DNA from: the human T2T-CHM13v2.0 reference genome, Homo sapiens
NCBI RefSeq assembly: GCF_009914755.1
Contig: NC_060934.1
Direction: 5' to 3' (one strand)
Length of the DNA stretch: 64,000 nt
Under the pieces are notes generated by a model, which searched no databases, was not told the DNA's origin, and saw only the letters and a list, made by a program, of their open reading frames with translations. The translations under genes and the position numbers were made by a program. Of the stretch, positions 19,786 through 32,719 are shown in pieces. Position 1 is the first letter of the stretch, and every line of letters begins with the position of its first letter.

Positions 19786-20125
19786 CCCAGTATCTTTCTC
19801 TCAAGCATTTTCTGTACTTGTGATTTTTTACAGAAGGTCAGTCGTGTCTAATTCTTTCCTCTTAGAATGGGAAATTAAGATTCAGAGAAATAAAGTCCTG
19901 GTCTCCGAGTATATCTGGTTGGTTTTAGTTGCCTCCCATTCTTGCGCCAAACGGGCATCTCTGTTCACATGCAGGGTGCAAAGGATGCTGAGTCCCATGT
20001 TGTCTCATGGTGAGATCCTAAAACTAGAATATAAAAACTTTCATTGCCTTCTTTCCCTGAGAGAGATCATAAAGCTGCTACTGCCAAGAATAAGGAAGCT
20101 CAGTAGGACTGATATCGGTTAGGGC

Positions 20126-20262
20126 AGTGCCTCTCAATCTTGGCTGCACATAGGTATCAGTGAAACTTTAAAAACAAATACCTAAGTTGGGTCCTATTGC
20201 AAGATAATTAAATCAAAATCTGTAGGATTGAGGCCATATTATTTCCTTTCTAAAAAGATCCC
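20126..20262. mobile_element. MER5A/B-like fragment
   Basis: cagtgcctctcaatcttggctgcacata...aattaaatcaaaatctgtagg. Confidence 0.65.
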
Positions 20263-20279
20263 ATTCAAGCATCACAGCT

Positions 20280-20450
20280 CTTGTGCTCCCATAGCACTTA
20301 GTACAGAATGTTATTTTTGTACTTATCACATATTTTTGTAATCACTTATGTATTTATATCTATCTCCACCTAACTTCCCTGTGAGTGAGACAGTGTCATC
20401 ACTGTAGATAGTAGGCAGCCAGGACATATGAATATTTAAAAATAAATGAA
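20280..20450 (+). mobile_element. L2 3' relic
   Basis: tgtgctcccatagcactt...tatctatctccacc...ccctgtgagtgagacagtgtc. Confidence 0.5.
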
Positions 20451-21244
20451 ATAGTATAGCAGATCCTTGAAATTACACATGCTCTAGAATAATCTGTGGT
20501 TTGGCTGCTTCTCATCAAAGTTTACTTTGTGCCTCCTGGGAGGAAATTTCTGAAGTTGCTTTGCAAGCCTCTTTCTTTATTTGTGAAGCTAAAGAATTGC
20601 TCTAGCATATTTTAATTACAACTAAGAAGTGTTCTTTTGATCAAACATTAATAACATTTCTAAGTCATAAACAAACTAAGATTTATCACTTGTCCTAAGG
20701 TTGACACTGCCATTATTCTCAATTACTCCTGAGCCCGCACACATTATTCACTAAGTGTCCCCGGAGGAGGGAAACAAGGAGAGAGTTCTGCTGTAAGAAG
20801 GAATAAAATTCTTCCTGGAGTTACATTTTTGTATATTCAAAACATCTCCTTGGGATTTTTTTTTTTTATATCTACAGCATTCCCCAGACAAGATAATAGC
20901 ATGTTCTGGTGAAAAGTCCACCCGAAAGGAGATTGTGTTAGGGAGCCAGCACACACTTGAAATTGCAAAACAAAAGTTAGTTGATCCATATTGTGGCTCT
21001 GCTCCTTATTTACAGAGAGAAGAGGGGAGTGGGAACAAGAATTGGGATCTTTCTTCACCAGGATACCAGTTGGCTTTGCCTACTGGACAGGGAGGAAGTT
21101 AGCAGTCAGCCCTCCTGGAAATACCACCCCAGGAATAGTGGAAGTGGTGGCACTGTTTCCTATAATTTTAGAGCTTGCTAATACTATCATTCTCCTAAGA
21201 AGTAATAACTTGGATGCTTATTTTGAATAATTGCAATATTGTCA

Positions 21245-21395
21245 GTTCCTATTTATTAAACAACTTATATATACCAGATACTTTTCTAAGTACTTTAGCA
21301 CATTGGCTCATATAATCCTCATACTATTCTTGCGAGGTAACTGTTATTATCTCAGTTTTACAGGTGAAGAAACTGGCACTTAGGGAAGTTAAGGT
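21245..21395 (-). mobile_element. MIR fragment
   Basis: ataatcctcatactattcttgcgaggtaactgttattatctcagttttacaggtgaagaaactggcacttagggaagttaag (MIR core). Confidence 0.8.
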
Positions 21396-22234
21396 TGTGA
21401 GTTTTTTATGGATTTGCCTACAAGTGTTTAACACATGCAACTTTGCCTGTAAAATAAAGTAATATAATTAATTTGCTTGGACATATGGTGGAAAGTACCA
21501 GGAATATATAAGATAGGAATATTGTCAGTGGATAAAACAGGTTCTACAATGACCAACAGGTGAGGACTGACCTGTGAGACAAGCCACAGATACTAAAACT
21601 GATATCTGGTGAGCCAGAAAATGTCAGATCTCCCCTCTACTCACCCAATTAGGTAAGCATTTTGATATTCAACCATTGGCTCCATGGTATCTAGTGGAGA
21701 CTGGACCAATCAGAGAAGCATCCCAGGGCCTCACAAAGATTATAATGAAATTCTGCTGAGTGTTGTTCAAGTGAAAGAGAGATTTCTCCTCTGTGGGGGA
21801 GAGTGTCTATCAGATAACTAGACAGGGAATGTTCAGCCCCACAAGGCCCTTATACTCAACACAGAGAAGGAAGTTATTCTGTCATTTCCACTGTTGAGGG
21901 CCAGACATGTGTTCCCTCTCATGATCGGGGAGGAAGCACAACTTAGCTATCTAGGGTATGACAATCTCTTGGCAGTTGCATTGGGAGGGAAGTGGGTGTA
22001 TCTGAAGCCCAGGTAGAGTGCCTGATCTGAGGGAAGAACCTTAACTCACTGAATGACCCATAGAATAGGACATTAATTAATGTTGCAAAAAAGAGAATTT
22101 TACCAATAGTTATTGTAAAGCCACTGGGCTGCTTTTCAAGACATTGTCTCTTTATTTTGTCCACTTATTTCCTACCTTTAGAACTTTAAAAAAAATCTTT
22201 TCTGTCTTCCCTCTAAAATCTTTTTAATGGGCAG

Positions 22235-22510
22235 TTATTTTTTCTTTTATTTTTCTTTACTTTCTTTCCCCTAATCTTTCCTTTCCTTCTTTCTTTCCTC
22301 CTTCCTTCCTTATTTTCTTCCCTCCCTTTCTTCTTTTTTTTTTTCTTTCTTTCCTTCCTTCTTTCTTTTTCTTCCTCCTCCCCCCTTCCCTCCCCTCCCC
22401 TTCCCTTCCTTCTTGCTTTCTTTTGTTTCTCACTCTTCCTCCCTCTTATCCTTTCTTCCTTTCTCCTCTCCTTTTCTTCTCCCTCCTCCATTTCCTCCTC
22501 CCTTCCTCTT
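22235..22510 (+). repeat. Polypyrimidine (CT-rich) low-complexity tract, about 275 bp
   Basis: Almost exclusively C/T on the + strand. Confidence 0.95.
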
Positions 22511-22524
22511 TTAATGTTACCATG

Positions 22525-22894
22525 TGTATTAATCTGATAGGACTGTCATAAAAAAATACCAAAGACTGAGTAAACAACAAAAATGTATTTTTCCAGAGTT
22601 TTGAAAGCTAAAAGCCAAAGATCAAAGACATTGTTAAGTCCAATTTCTCATGAGATCTCTCTCTTTGACTTGGAGATACTCACTTTTCACTGTGCCTCAG
22701 ATGGCTCTTTGTATGTGAGTTCCCTAGGGTTTCTCCCTTTTTCTTATAGGTACATCAATCCCATCAGTGTCCCACACTTATGACCCTCATTTAATCTTAA
22801 GTATCTCTTTAAAGGTCTTATCTTCTAAACCAGTCATATTAGGGGTTATGGCTTCAACTGTGAATTTTGAGGGCACATAATTTAGTTCATAGCA
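22525..22894 (-). mobile_element. MaLR solo LTR, MLT1A-like
   Basis: tgtattaatctgataggactgtcataaaaaaatacc...cttatgaccctcatttaatcttaa...atttagttcatagca; near-TSD ccatg/caatg. Confidence 0.85.
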
Positions 22895-23239
22895 CAATGT
22901 TTGAATTTTCAATTTTGGGGCTTGTGTATTTTCATCCTGTAGTTTGAACAGTTTCAAGTATTATATACATACAAGTAGCCACATATACAGTCTAAGTTGA
23001 GTATCTGCCCTTAGTTTAATTTCCCATTCATTTTTTTTCTTAAGGAAAAAGACACAATCCAGAAAGTAACTTGAGGCACCAACAAGTTAAAGCACCAATA
23101 ATTTTTAGTATGAAAATGAAAAACTGGTAAGAACTGCTCTGTTCTACAAGATTAAGTGGAAGGGGGCTGAAAGGAGTACAAACCAAAAAGATGGGAATAT
23201 GCTGGAGTAGGGGCAGGCACAGGATGCAGGCTGCTAAAG

Positions 23240-23340
23240 CAGACAGTCCTGAGCCGGAATCCTAGGTCTACCAGTTGCCAGTTTTTTGGCCAAGGGCAAG
23301 TGAATGTTCAGTCTTAGTTTCCTCATTTGCAAATCAGTCA
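23240..23340 (+). mobile_element. MIR fragment
   Basis: gggcaagtgaatgttcagtcttagtttcctcatttgcaaat. Confidence 0.7.
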
Positions 23341-23689
23341 CACCAATCTGCTTTGAGGAGACACTGCAAAGACACAAAAACACAGGTAACATACATGTGT
23401 GCATGTACACACATGCTAAAATGTCTGACGGGGAGTAAAATCTCAAAATAAAAATCCACAGACAACAATTTTAGAAAATATTAAAGTTCATGTAGATTCC
23501 AATGTCTTACAGACAATCTTGACACCAGGCCCGCAGGCAATATGTGTGCAAGCCCAAAGCTTCAGAGGAAACATCAGACTTTCACATTCAACATAAAATA
23601 AAATTTTCCGTGCAGACCTAGGCACTTGCTCTACATCTTATCAGGGGCCCACTAGAGTAAGGGAGCTTGGATGAATGGCCCTTTGCTTA

Positions 23690-23812
23690 CACAAAACTGA
23701 ACGCTCCTTATGAGCAAGAATCCTGTCTGTTTAGTGGATTATTGTATGCCTGGAACCTAACACAGTGCCTGAACATAGATGCTGGTGCGTATTTATTAAT
23801 AACTGGATGAAG
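23690..23812 (+). mobile_element. L2 3' end
   Basis: ctgaacgctccttatgagcaagaatcctgtctg...acctaacacagtgcctgaacatagatgct. Confidence 0.7.
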
Positions 23813-25309
23813 GCATATTATACTCACAAAGTACTTTACTGAGTTTTGCAGATGGACACATAAGAAGCTGTAAAATAAGACTACGGCAAAGGCCTTTCTC
23901 CATCCTAAAACTGAATGATTCTTAGAGGTTGTTCAAAGTTGCTCTAGAATTTACTTCCCTAACAAAATATAACCCAAAGGCTTGCAATAAAAAATGACCC
24001 AGGACTCCAGACAAAAGATGTTAAAACTTTGTCCTTTCACATCCCATGATAAATGTAGCAGCAAAGATGCTTCTTAAAATAATCTTAAAAGCCCTACAGT
24101 AGAGTTGAAGAAAAAATTAGGTTAGAAAATAATTTTTGATGGATGAGAGCCACCAATTTTTCAGCAATCAGAAACAAGGTGCAGAATTTGTTCCATAATA
24201 TCTGCCATTAAACTATTTCAGCCTAATATTCTTAACAGAAGACACGTGTCAGGCATAAGAAACGATTTAATACCACCAAGACATTGACCTCGGCAACGAT
24301 TCTTACATGTAATATAGAAGAACAGATTACAGTTTGGAGGGATGGTTGCCTGGAGCCTAAGAGAAGTAAATTTCTGCAGCTGAAAATTGCATGTAGCTCT
24401 CCCAGGGGGACAAATCTATTTCTAATTGCAACTTTTAACATGATTTACATGACCTAAAACACACTTGTAAGAGCCAGCCATCATTTTCATGCCTTTGATT
24501 TTAGGTAATTACTTTTAGAGCTGAAAGATTTTCACTGTCTTTCATATTACTTTTGGCCATAAACAATAACGTTTGATTTTCAGCTTCCTCTCTTCTTAAG
24601 AGAAAAGAAAAGGAGGAATGTTTTCCCAAAACCAACTTTCACAGGGAAAATAATTACCCCAAGCTAATTAGAAGAGGGGATTGTTAATTAATTCAGTCTG
24701 GGCTGTGGGTGAGGTGGGAGGATGGGGTTATATCTAATGCAGTTGTGAAGTCAGAGTCACTTAAATCCACTAGTTCTATCCAAAATGATTCCCCAGGAGT
24801 GGATAGGTGCTGTCCCTCAGACCACTGCTACAGATGCCTGTCTGGTCACCTTGCTTTCAATCATGTTCACTAAATCCATCCTCTACACAACAGACTGTGA
24901 TCTTTTAAATGAAATCTCAGTAACTTCCCCTGACATTTAGAACAAAATTGAAATTTCATCTCATGTTCTACATGCTCCGCACAATACAGCTAGGACTCCT
25001 TTGGCCAGGAAAACTTAAGAAACTTTCAAGGCAGAGGGTGTCAGCTTTGGATCTATGTCTATGGCCATAATTCAACAGGTTTGACCAGGACACATGACTA
25101 GCAGGATTCCCAGCAGCAACTCTTCTGACAACTTCTCTTTCTGCCCGTTTTTCACTCTGACTCTGTATCTAGAATATCTAGTATTATAAGTCTCTGATAA
25201 AGTTTATTTGCATTTTCTTTCTAGTTGGAATTGCCCAAAGGCCTTGCACCAGGAGCAAATACTTTGCTCCTAAAGCAGACATTCAGATCTGGAAAATCTG
25301 AAAGAGGTA

Positions 25310-27170
25310 TAATTTTTATTCTTGTTGTTTTTATCATTAACTTTGCCCTGTATTAACATATTATAAATTATTTTACAGTTTTACTGGTATGCTAGAGATT
25401 GCATAATGATTCCAATGAATATAAGTTAATACTTTATTGACTTCCAGACAATTCAAAATGTGTCAAACACTTTAACACTATTTCTCTTCTGACTTTAGTA
25501 TTACTATTGTTACATACTTTAATTTTGTAGATATTTTAAAGCTCACAACATATTCTTTTTTGTGGTTACTGTCAATATTTATTTAGATTCATTTATATAA
25601 CTTTCATCTAACTGTACTTTCCTTCATGCACATTCCATCTTTCTCCTAGGCTCTTTTTTATTCTGCTGAAAGAATACTTATCTGGTGATTTTTTGATGTT
25701 GTCATCACTGTTTTTGCTGTTTGGTTTGATTTTAGCTTACATATGCTGCTAATAAAATTTCTCTGAGTTTGACTAAAAATATTTTTGGCTTTTTAAAGGA
25801 ATATATATTTTTTCTTTTGCATTTTTTCAGATAGACAATTTAAGATTAGTATTCATATCTCTTTCACTAATTAAAGACATCATTCACCTGCTTCCTCTCT
25901 TCTGCAGCTCTCATTGTGGCTCATTTGAAGGTAATACAGATTTTCTATGTCTATTTGTAAAGTTTTCTTTCTTTTGGACTTTAATCATGGTGATCTTTTG
26001 GGGATTTTTTGAGCATTTTTCCTACTTCAATGTATTATTATTGGATATGAGCCTTAATGACTTATGTCTATTTGGGGAAAATTTACTACCACTATCTCTT
26101 CTCCCTTCCCTCTCCCCTCACCTCTCTGGATTTCAATTCCATGCAAACTAGAACTTTACAATAAATCCCATATGTGCTTTATGCTCCTGTTTTGCAGTTT
26201 TATAATTTTCTCATGATGTGCATCTACCTGTGTGTTTTATGCTTAGTCTGTCTTCCAGGTCACTAGAAGGAAGTGTGCTTTCAGCTTTTCTAGCTTCCAG
26301 ATCACCAGGTCTCTCTTGGTCTGTGTCTAATCTGTTAGCATATCTATTTACTGATTTTGATTTTGATAATTTTGTTTCATTTCTATTTCTATTTTATTTT
26401 ACTTGTAGTTTTTGCTGTCAGCTGAAATTTACAATACTATTTATAATTTCATAAACACATTAAAGTTGGTTTTCTTTTTAAAACATCATAAGTCTAATTA
26501 GCCTATTGTTGGAGTCTCTGTTGATCTGCCTCTTTTATCTGTCACTTTTTTCCCTCATACTTTTCTTCGTACTTTGTGCTCTCATATGGGTTTCTTACTG
26601 GTTGTTTTATCTGTTAATATCCAGACATTAACGGTGAAAACCTATAGAGATAATACAAGGCATTTACTATAACCATCTCCCTCCATAGAGAATTTACTTA
26701 TGTTTTTTAAAAAGTAGTTATGCTCGCAGAACTATAAATTCCAGGTCATTTTAATCTCTACTAGGGATTGAGATGATTTAAAGGTGGACTTTATTTTATT
26801 TAAGGACTTGTCTATTTCCTCTGCTCCTTTCTCCATGGATGTATCATTATTGCAGTCACAACCAAAAGCTGAGGTATTTATCAGGGCTTTTCCTTTTGGT
26901 ATCAAATCATCCCTACAAAAGCATCAAAAGTTTTATTCAGCTTCTCAGCCACTGACTTAGGAACTGGAATGTAGCAGTTTCAAATCCATGACATCATGGC
27001 ATTTTCTCATCCTGTAGATCTCAACCACATAACTCCTCACTTAGCAGGTCCTTCAATACATTCCAATGTTTTCTCTCTTTCTCTTTCATCTATTTATAAT
27101 TTTCTTCAAATTATTTAGTAATTATAAGAGAGCATATTAGTCACAAGCAAAGAATTAAACCATTGTTAGA
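25310..27170 (-). mobile_element. Old L1ME-like 5' UTR/ORF1 relic, antisense
   Basis: T-rich; ctgcagctctcattgtggctcatttgaaggtaat; ggtctgtgtctaatctgttag; ctagggattgagatg (reverse complement of L1M 5' motif). Confidence 0.65.
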
Positions 27171-27638
27171 AAAGAATATTTTGTTACTAATTTTATTAAA
27201 TATAGTCATATGCCTATTTTACTACTGTATTTCCCAGCTTACTGAAAGCTGTGTGTTTTGACTAATGAAATGTAAATAGAAGATATTTGTATAATTTACA
27301 GAAAAGCTTTTTCCAAGAGTTGAGTCAGTACATTTTGTCCTACTTTTTTATGCTGTCTAGAACATGGGCATGATTTCCTTCATTTTAAAAATCATCTTGA
27401 ATCCTGAGGCACATTTGAAATGCAAGATATGTGAGGTGAATGGCAGAAAAGAAAAATACCAGAAGACTGAATTTCCAATAAATGTGAGTCTGTGCTACTG
27501 GCACTTAACTTCCATCTTCTTAAGGCTAATGATATTTCCATACTTTGTTATAAGCAGCTGAGTAACACTTATACCTGAATACAATTTCATAAAACTATTC
27601 ATACTGAACTTAATATGTTATTCTTATTCTGGGATAAA

Positions 27639-27642
<4 letters not shown>

Positions 27643-27681
<39 letters not shown>
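27643..27681 (+). repeat. Poly(T)39 homopolymer
   Basis: Direct read. Confidence 0.97.
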
Positions 27682-27684
<3 letters not shown>

Positions 27685-28474
27685 TCAGCAAAGCAACCGA
27701 ATTTCAATTTACAATAGTGGAACTCAGGACATATTTTTTCCACCAAAACATCCAACCAAGTATGAGTGAGTGGCCTGGCCTTAACACATTGTTTGTTTGT
27801 AAGTATGCTTATGCAAACAGGTTGTTTATTATTATATTTTATCTAGCATATTACTTGCTATTTTCTGTTATTATTTTTCCACTACCCTTGTCTTTGGTAT
27901 CTTCTCTTCATCTTTTTTCTGTCATATTATGTTTGCTTAGGGTTCTATAAGTATTCCTGCTACTAATGATATGAGTTGTATGACAGCTAACAGCTCACGT
28001 TATTTACAGTCTTTGCTTTTTAGAATAAAACAGGAAACCATCAAGTGCAGTGATTTACTCAGCTGCAGGATACAAGGCACTCCAGTCCTATTAAGGAAGA
28101 ATAACTGTTATGATTATTTAATGAGCTACACAATGCCTGTTATTAGCTATTTATTGATGTATGAATACTTGGGATCTACTGCTTCTAGTGCCAGTGAGAA
28201 CAACTCATTTTTCAATCAAACCTAATTGACAATGCTAGTATATTGAGAAAAATGTAATGCTTCTCATTAGATTTATTGGATGGCACCATTCTTGCCAAAT
28301 CTCATATTGACATGTAATCTAAATTAATGTCAAGGTGATAGATTTGTAGTTGTAAGATCAAGCCTTACCTCTAATGTTCTAATCTACAGGAACAACAATT
28401 TGAAGGAAAGTCGATATGTTGATAATATAATATAGAGTAAGTACAATATATATAAATTGATATATATAGTAATT

Positions 28475-28500
<26 letters not shown>
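28475..28500 (+). repeat. (TG)13 microsatellite
   Basis: Direct read. Confidence 0.95.
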
Positions 28501-28508
<8 letters not shown>

Positions 28509-29119
28509 AATTATACTTTGGAGGAATCAGAAACCTGAAGAGTGTTGCTTCTTGGGAGTCTGTCTCTTGTGGTCTTGGAGTAGAAACCAGATACAAGCTA
28601 GAAAAAGTCTAACTTCTCTAAATGCCTGCATGTAGTCTTTACTGCAGGATTATCAAATGAGTAAATTAAAAATGGAACAAGGTGTTAGAGATGAGTGTCT
28701 AAGCCATCCATGCATGATAACTAAGATTTAAATGACACATTTATCAGTAAACATAATCCTTCAACTCATAATATCCTTAATTTTGAATTTAGTGAGAATT
28801 ATATTCTATATTGATAGGTAAATATCACTGAGGAAAACTCAAGAGTAGTCACATTCTGGCATCATCACCAAAGGTACTGGGATCTTCATCCCTCTGCTAG
28901 ATATGGGTTACAAATACTCAGTCTTCCAAAAAAAGATTCACTGAGAAGATCTGTACTACTTTTGGGGGAAACACCACAGATATTAATATGGCTTGCAGAT
29001 GCTATTTTCCTTGAGCCTTGTTTATTGCATGTTTTGGGCTGTTTTCGTTGTTGCTGTTGTTGTTTTTGCTCGTTGTTTTTAATATTATTGCTCTTTTTTG
29101 ATGCCTACTGTGCATTAAA

Positions 29120-29320
29120 ATAAATTATTTAACCTATTTTTGGCTTAATTTTCTCTCTGTAAAATACAAGATGATAATAGTATCAATTTCATAGGGTTAT
29201 GAAAGTTCAATAAGCGAAAGCGTGTCATTTAGTTAAAACAGAGCCTGAAAGAGAGAAAGTAAAATACGAGAGTGAATGATCACTGTCATTATCATTATCG
29301 TTCTGATTATAGCCATAATC
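29120..29320 (+). mobile_element. MIR fragment
   Basis: ggcttaattttctctctgtaaaatacaagatgataatagtatcaatttcatagggttatg. Confidence 0.7.
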
Positions 29321-29629
29321 ATCTCCAGCAGCACTATTTATCATTTATCTATCTATTTATCTATTATATATTAAATCTCTGTTAAACTCTACATATTTGT
29401 TCATCCTCCTCAGTGATACTCAGCCTTGAGTATAGTTGAATTACAGCAGTGGAGAACTTGTTGCCTCAGCAAAGCAGTCCTGACATGTGTCTTTCTGACT
29501 AGGCAGCAAAGGCTTATTCTGTTTGCATGTATTGAGTGAATGAAAGTAACTGCTACTCTGTTCACACATGTTTGGACTATGAAATGGTCATGAGCTAAAG
29601 GAAGCCATATATGCTAAAAAATATATACG

Positions 29630-30040
29630 TGTTAAAAGAAAACCTGTAGACAAAATAAATGTAACAGGGTTCACTTGAGCATTGAAAGGTTCATGAATCG
29701 GGCAACACTCAAAACCAGAAAAGGTTCAGAGAGCTCCACTTTAGCAGCTTGAGCAGCAGGCTTTTATAGACTGAATGCAGAATCAAAGTATGAACATCAC
29801 TTGATTGACTAAAGTGAGACATTTGCTTTATTTGTGTATGGTCCAGTGGAAAGCCTCTAGTAATATAACTAATAGCTGTTTGTGAATGGCTGAAGCTCAG
29901 TTTAATTCATTTGTTCATTTTTTCAAAATCAATGCATTATAAGGAATGCCTTTAAGTTAAATATCAGTTTATTTGTGTAAGAACTGTGGGTACAGAAACA
30001 ACCCCAGGCTAATGGTTTTCTACTTATTTTGTTTTAACCA
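29630..30040 (-). mobile_element. ERV1 solo LTR, MER93-like
   Basis: tgttaaaagaaaacctgtagacaaaataaatgtaacagggttc...ttcatgaatcgggcaacac; minus-strand TATA (cttttatag near 29761); reverse-complement start resembles MER93 (ttaaaa...ccattagcctgggg...gttcttacacaaataaactg). Confidence 0.75.
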
Positions 30041-30395
30041 AAGGTAGAGATAAAAAAAGAGGGGAAAAGAGAGAGAGCGAGCTTGAGAGAGGCCAGCTGT
30101 GGCAACCCCCTAACTGGTTTCTCTTTTTCCTTGAAAAATATTTATTCTAATCCTGAACTTATCCTGCCATTTCTCCTCATCCATTGCTCAATGTCTCCAT
30201 TAGCCTAATTCTTCAGTCATCTACTTTAATGCAAAGAAGATAATAAATACAATAGGGTTACCTGACCACTACAATAGCCCCTATATTTATTTATAGGCTT
30301 CTCTTCAGTCCCACCTACTTAAGCTAATAGTCAAATCTTTTTTCTTGAAACCACAAAGGTACCTTATTTAGCCACCATGTTTTTACTCTGCATAA

Positions 30396-30741
<346 letters not shown>

Positions 30742-32369
30742 TGCATCTCATATTTTTATCACCAGAACCCTAAACTCAATTCAGATGCCTTCAGCTGGAC
30801 ACATCATTTGCCCACTTGAGGCAATATAGATTTTGATTTAAGAAAAATACAGAAGCCTAAAGATGTAATTGTCTGAAGAGTAGAAGACTCTACCTACCCA
30901 TTTGAACCTTAGAGAAAACATGTTTCAGATTAAGCATGAAACAGTCCATGTAAATGATTTTGACTCATAGAGCAATCCATTCATCTCCATAAGCATTTAA
31001 TTTAAGATGTAATTTTAACATAGATTAGAAATTTATATTTAAAGATGCTTCTTGGAGACACCCCAGTTGGATTTGAATTGGGTTTTACATGACATGTCAT
31101 TTAAATTTCTCTGCTTATTTAACTTCCAACACTTGGCAGATGCATTCCCAGGAAGCATTACACCTTCTCCAAATGCCTCAGCCCTTGGAAGAGAGAAAGC
31201 ACTAGAATTTTAAGCCAAGCTTGGGCACCCACACAAGACAACATGGCATCCAACCTGAAAATGTGTCAGAAGGAGTGAAAGAATAATGTATCTTAATGTA
31301 TCAGAATACCACATATTCAACAAAATATAGGTCACTGGTGGTTGCATGCACAGGGCAGGGTGGATATCAATCATTTACTAATTAATGTTCAGTTCTGCCT
31401 CATCCCTTACAAAATGGACTACGGAGACCAAGAGAGCTCCATGACTCAGAATATAATAATTTAGCCTTTTGTTCCTTCACTGGCTAATAGAAAAGATGAA
31501 AAGGTAAAAAATCTAGGTAAGATGTGTGGACTTTGGTGTGCTCCTGTTTAGAAGCCTGTGTGCAGAGCACAAAACTGCAGTGCCAGGTATCTACACAACA
31601 TCTCGTGACTCGAGAGATAAATCAATGTTATGTAAACGACTATTATGTCCACTACACTGTGCTTAGGACTTTGAATTTATTCAAGTCTCTATTTTTGAAT
31701 GGTATATAGTCTAGGTAAGGAGGCAAGACTAAATTGTGCAAAAACAACCAGGATTCAGAGTACAATGCAACAGGTTGAAACTGTCAGAAAACGTTGCCAA
31801 CAACACCATTCTAAACAAGATTAGTCAGCCATCTTATGTGGATGTAGGAGTTTGAAGAAGGACTGAATTCAAGTATAAAGAACCTGTTTATCTGATAACC
31901 CGGTGCACTGGAGTAAATCCCAGTCTCCAACCAGCAATAGTCTTATTTACATGTCAAAGTTTTCTAGAAAGAAGGATGCATGCATTCATTTCTACATTCT
32001 TTTAATGACCTGTGTTTGTTGCTGGTGTTATATGTGCTGAGTCTGAGTTTTTTCATAGTGCTCAGCTGTCTAACAGGAGTTGTTCCTGTAGAGTCTTCTC
32101 TCCACACCTTTAGCTGTGCTAGTCTTCTCACCTGGAGTGCTTTCTCCTTTCATTCCACCAATCCTACTTTTTCTTAGTCTGCAACCTGCAAGGCCACTTT
32201 TAATTGTTTCTTCAGTGGAGCTTTCCAATGATAGCAGTCTTTAGTTTTCATTTGTTTTGGATTTTAATCTTAACTACCCTCACTAGGTCTTTAAAATTCA
32301 CTTTTTACCGGGTGACTTAATTTCACTCATGATCACAAAGGAAGCATTTTCTTTTCTTTTTATTTTGCA

Positions 32370-32710
32370 CAATCTTGTGTCAAGTTTTGGCCAATAGAAC
32401 AGGTGTGGAAGGAAGAGACATATTTCTAGCCCTGTTTCTAATTAAACAATAAAGCACCTTCATTTTATGGTTCTTTCCTCTGTTCTTTTCCAGGTAACTT
32501 CAGAAGGCCTTATAAAGAATGTGCAGTAGGAAGAAGAAAATCTGGAACCCTGAGTGAGTACTTTTGGAAGTTCTACCCAGGAGATCTCTGAAACTAGCAA
32601 CATCCAAGTTAAATTTTGTCCCAATGAGTAATAAACTCTTCTTTTTTAAACCATTGAAATTCTTCAGTATTTTAAATAATAATAGCAAGTATTAATTATC
32701 CTCAGTGATA
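32370..32710 (+). mobile_element. Old MaLR LTR (MLT1I/J-like)
   Basis: ttttggccaatagaacagg; gagtaataaactcttctttttaaaccattgaaattc...aatagcaagtattaattatcctc. Confidence 0.55.
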
Positions 32711-32719
32711 GACTGTTTT

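Noticed and set aside
22213-22491. 92-aa K/E/R-rich ORF
   Set aside because: Translation of the CT-rich low-complexity tract
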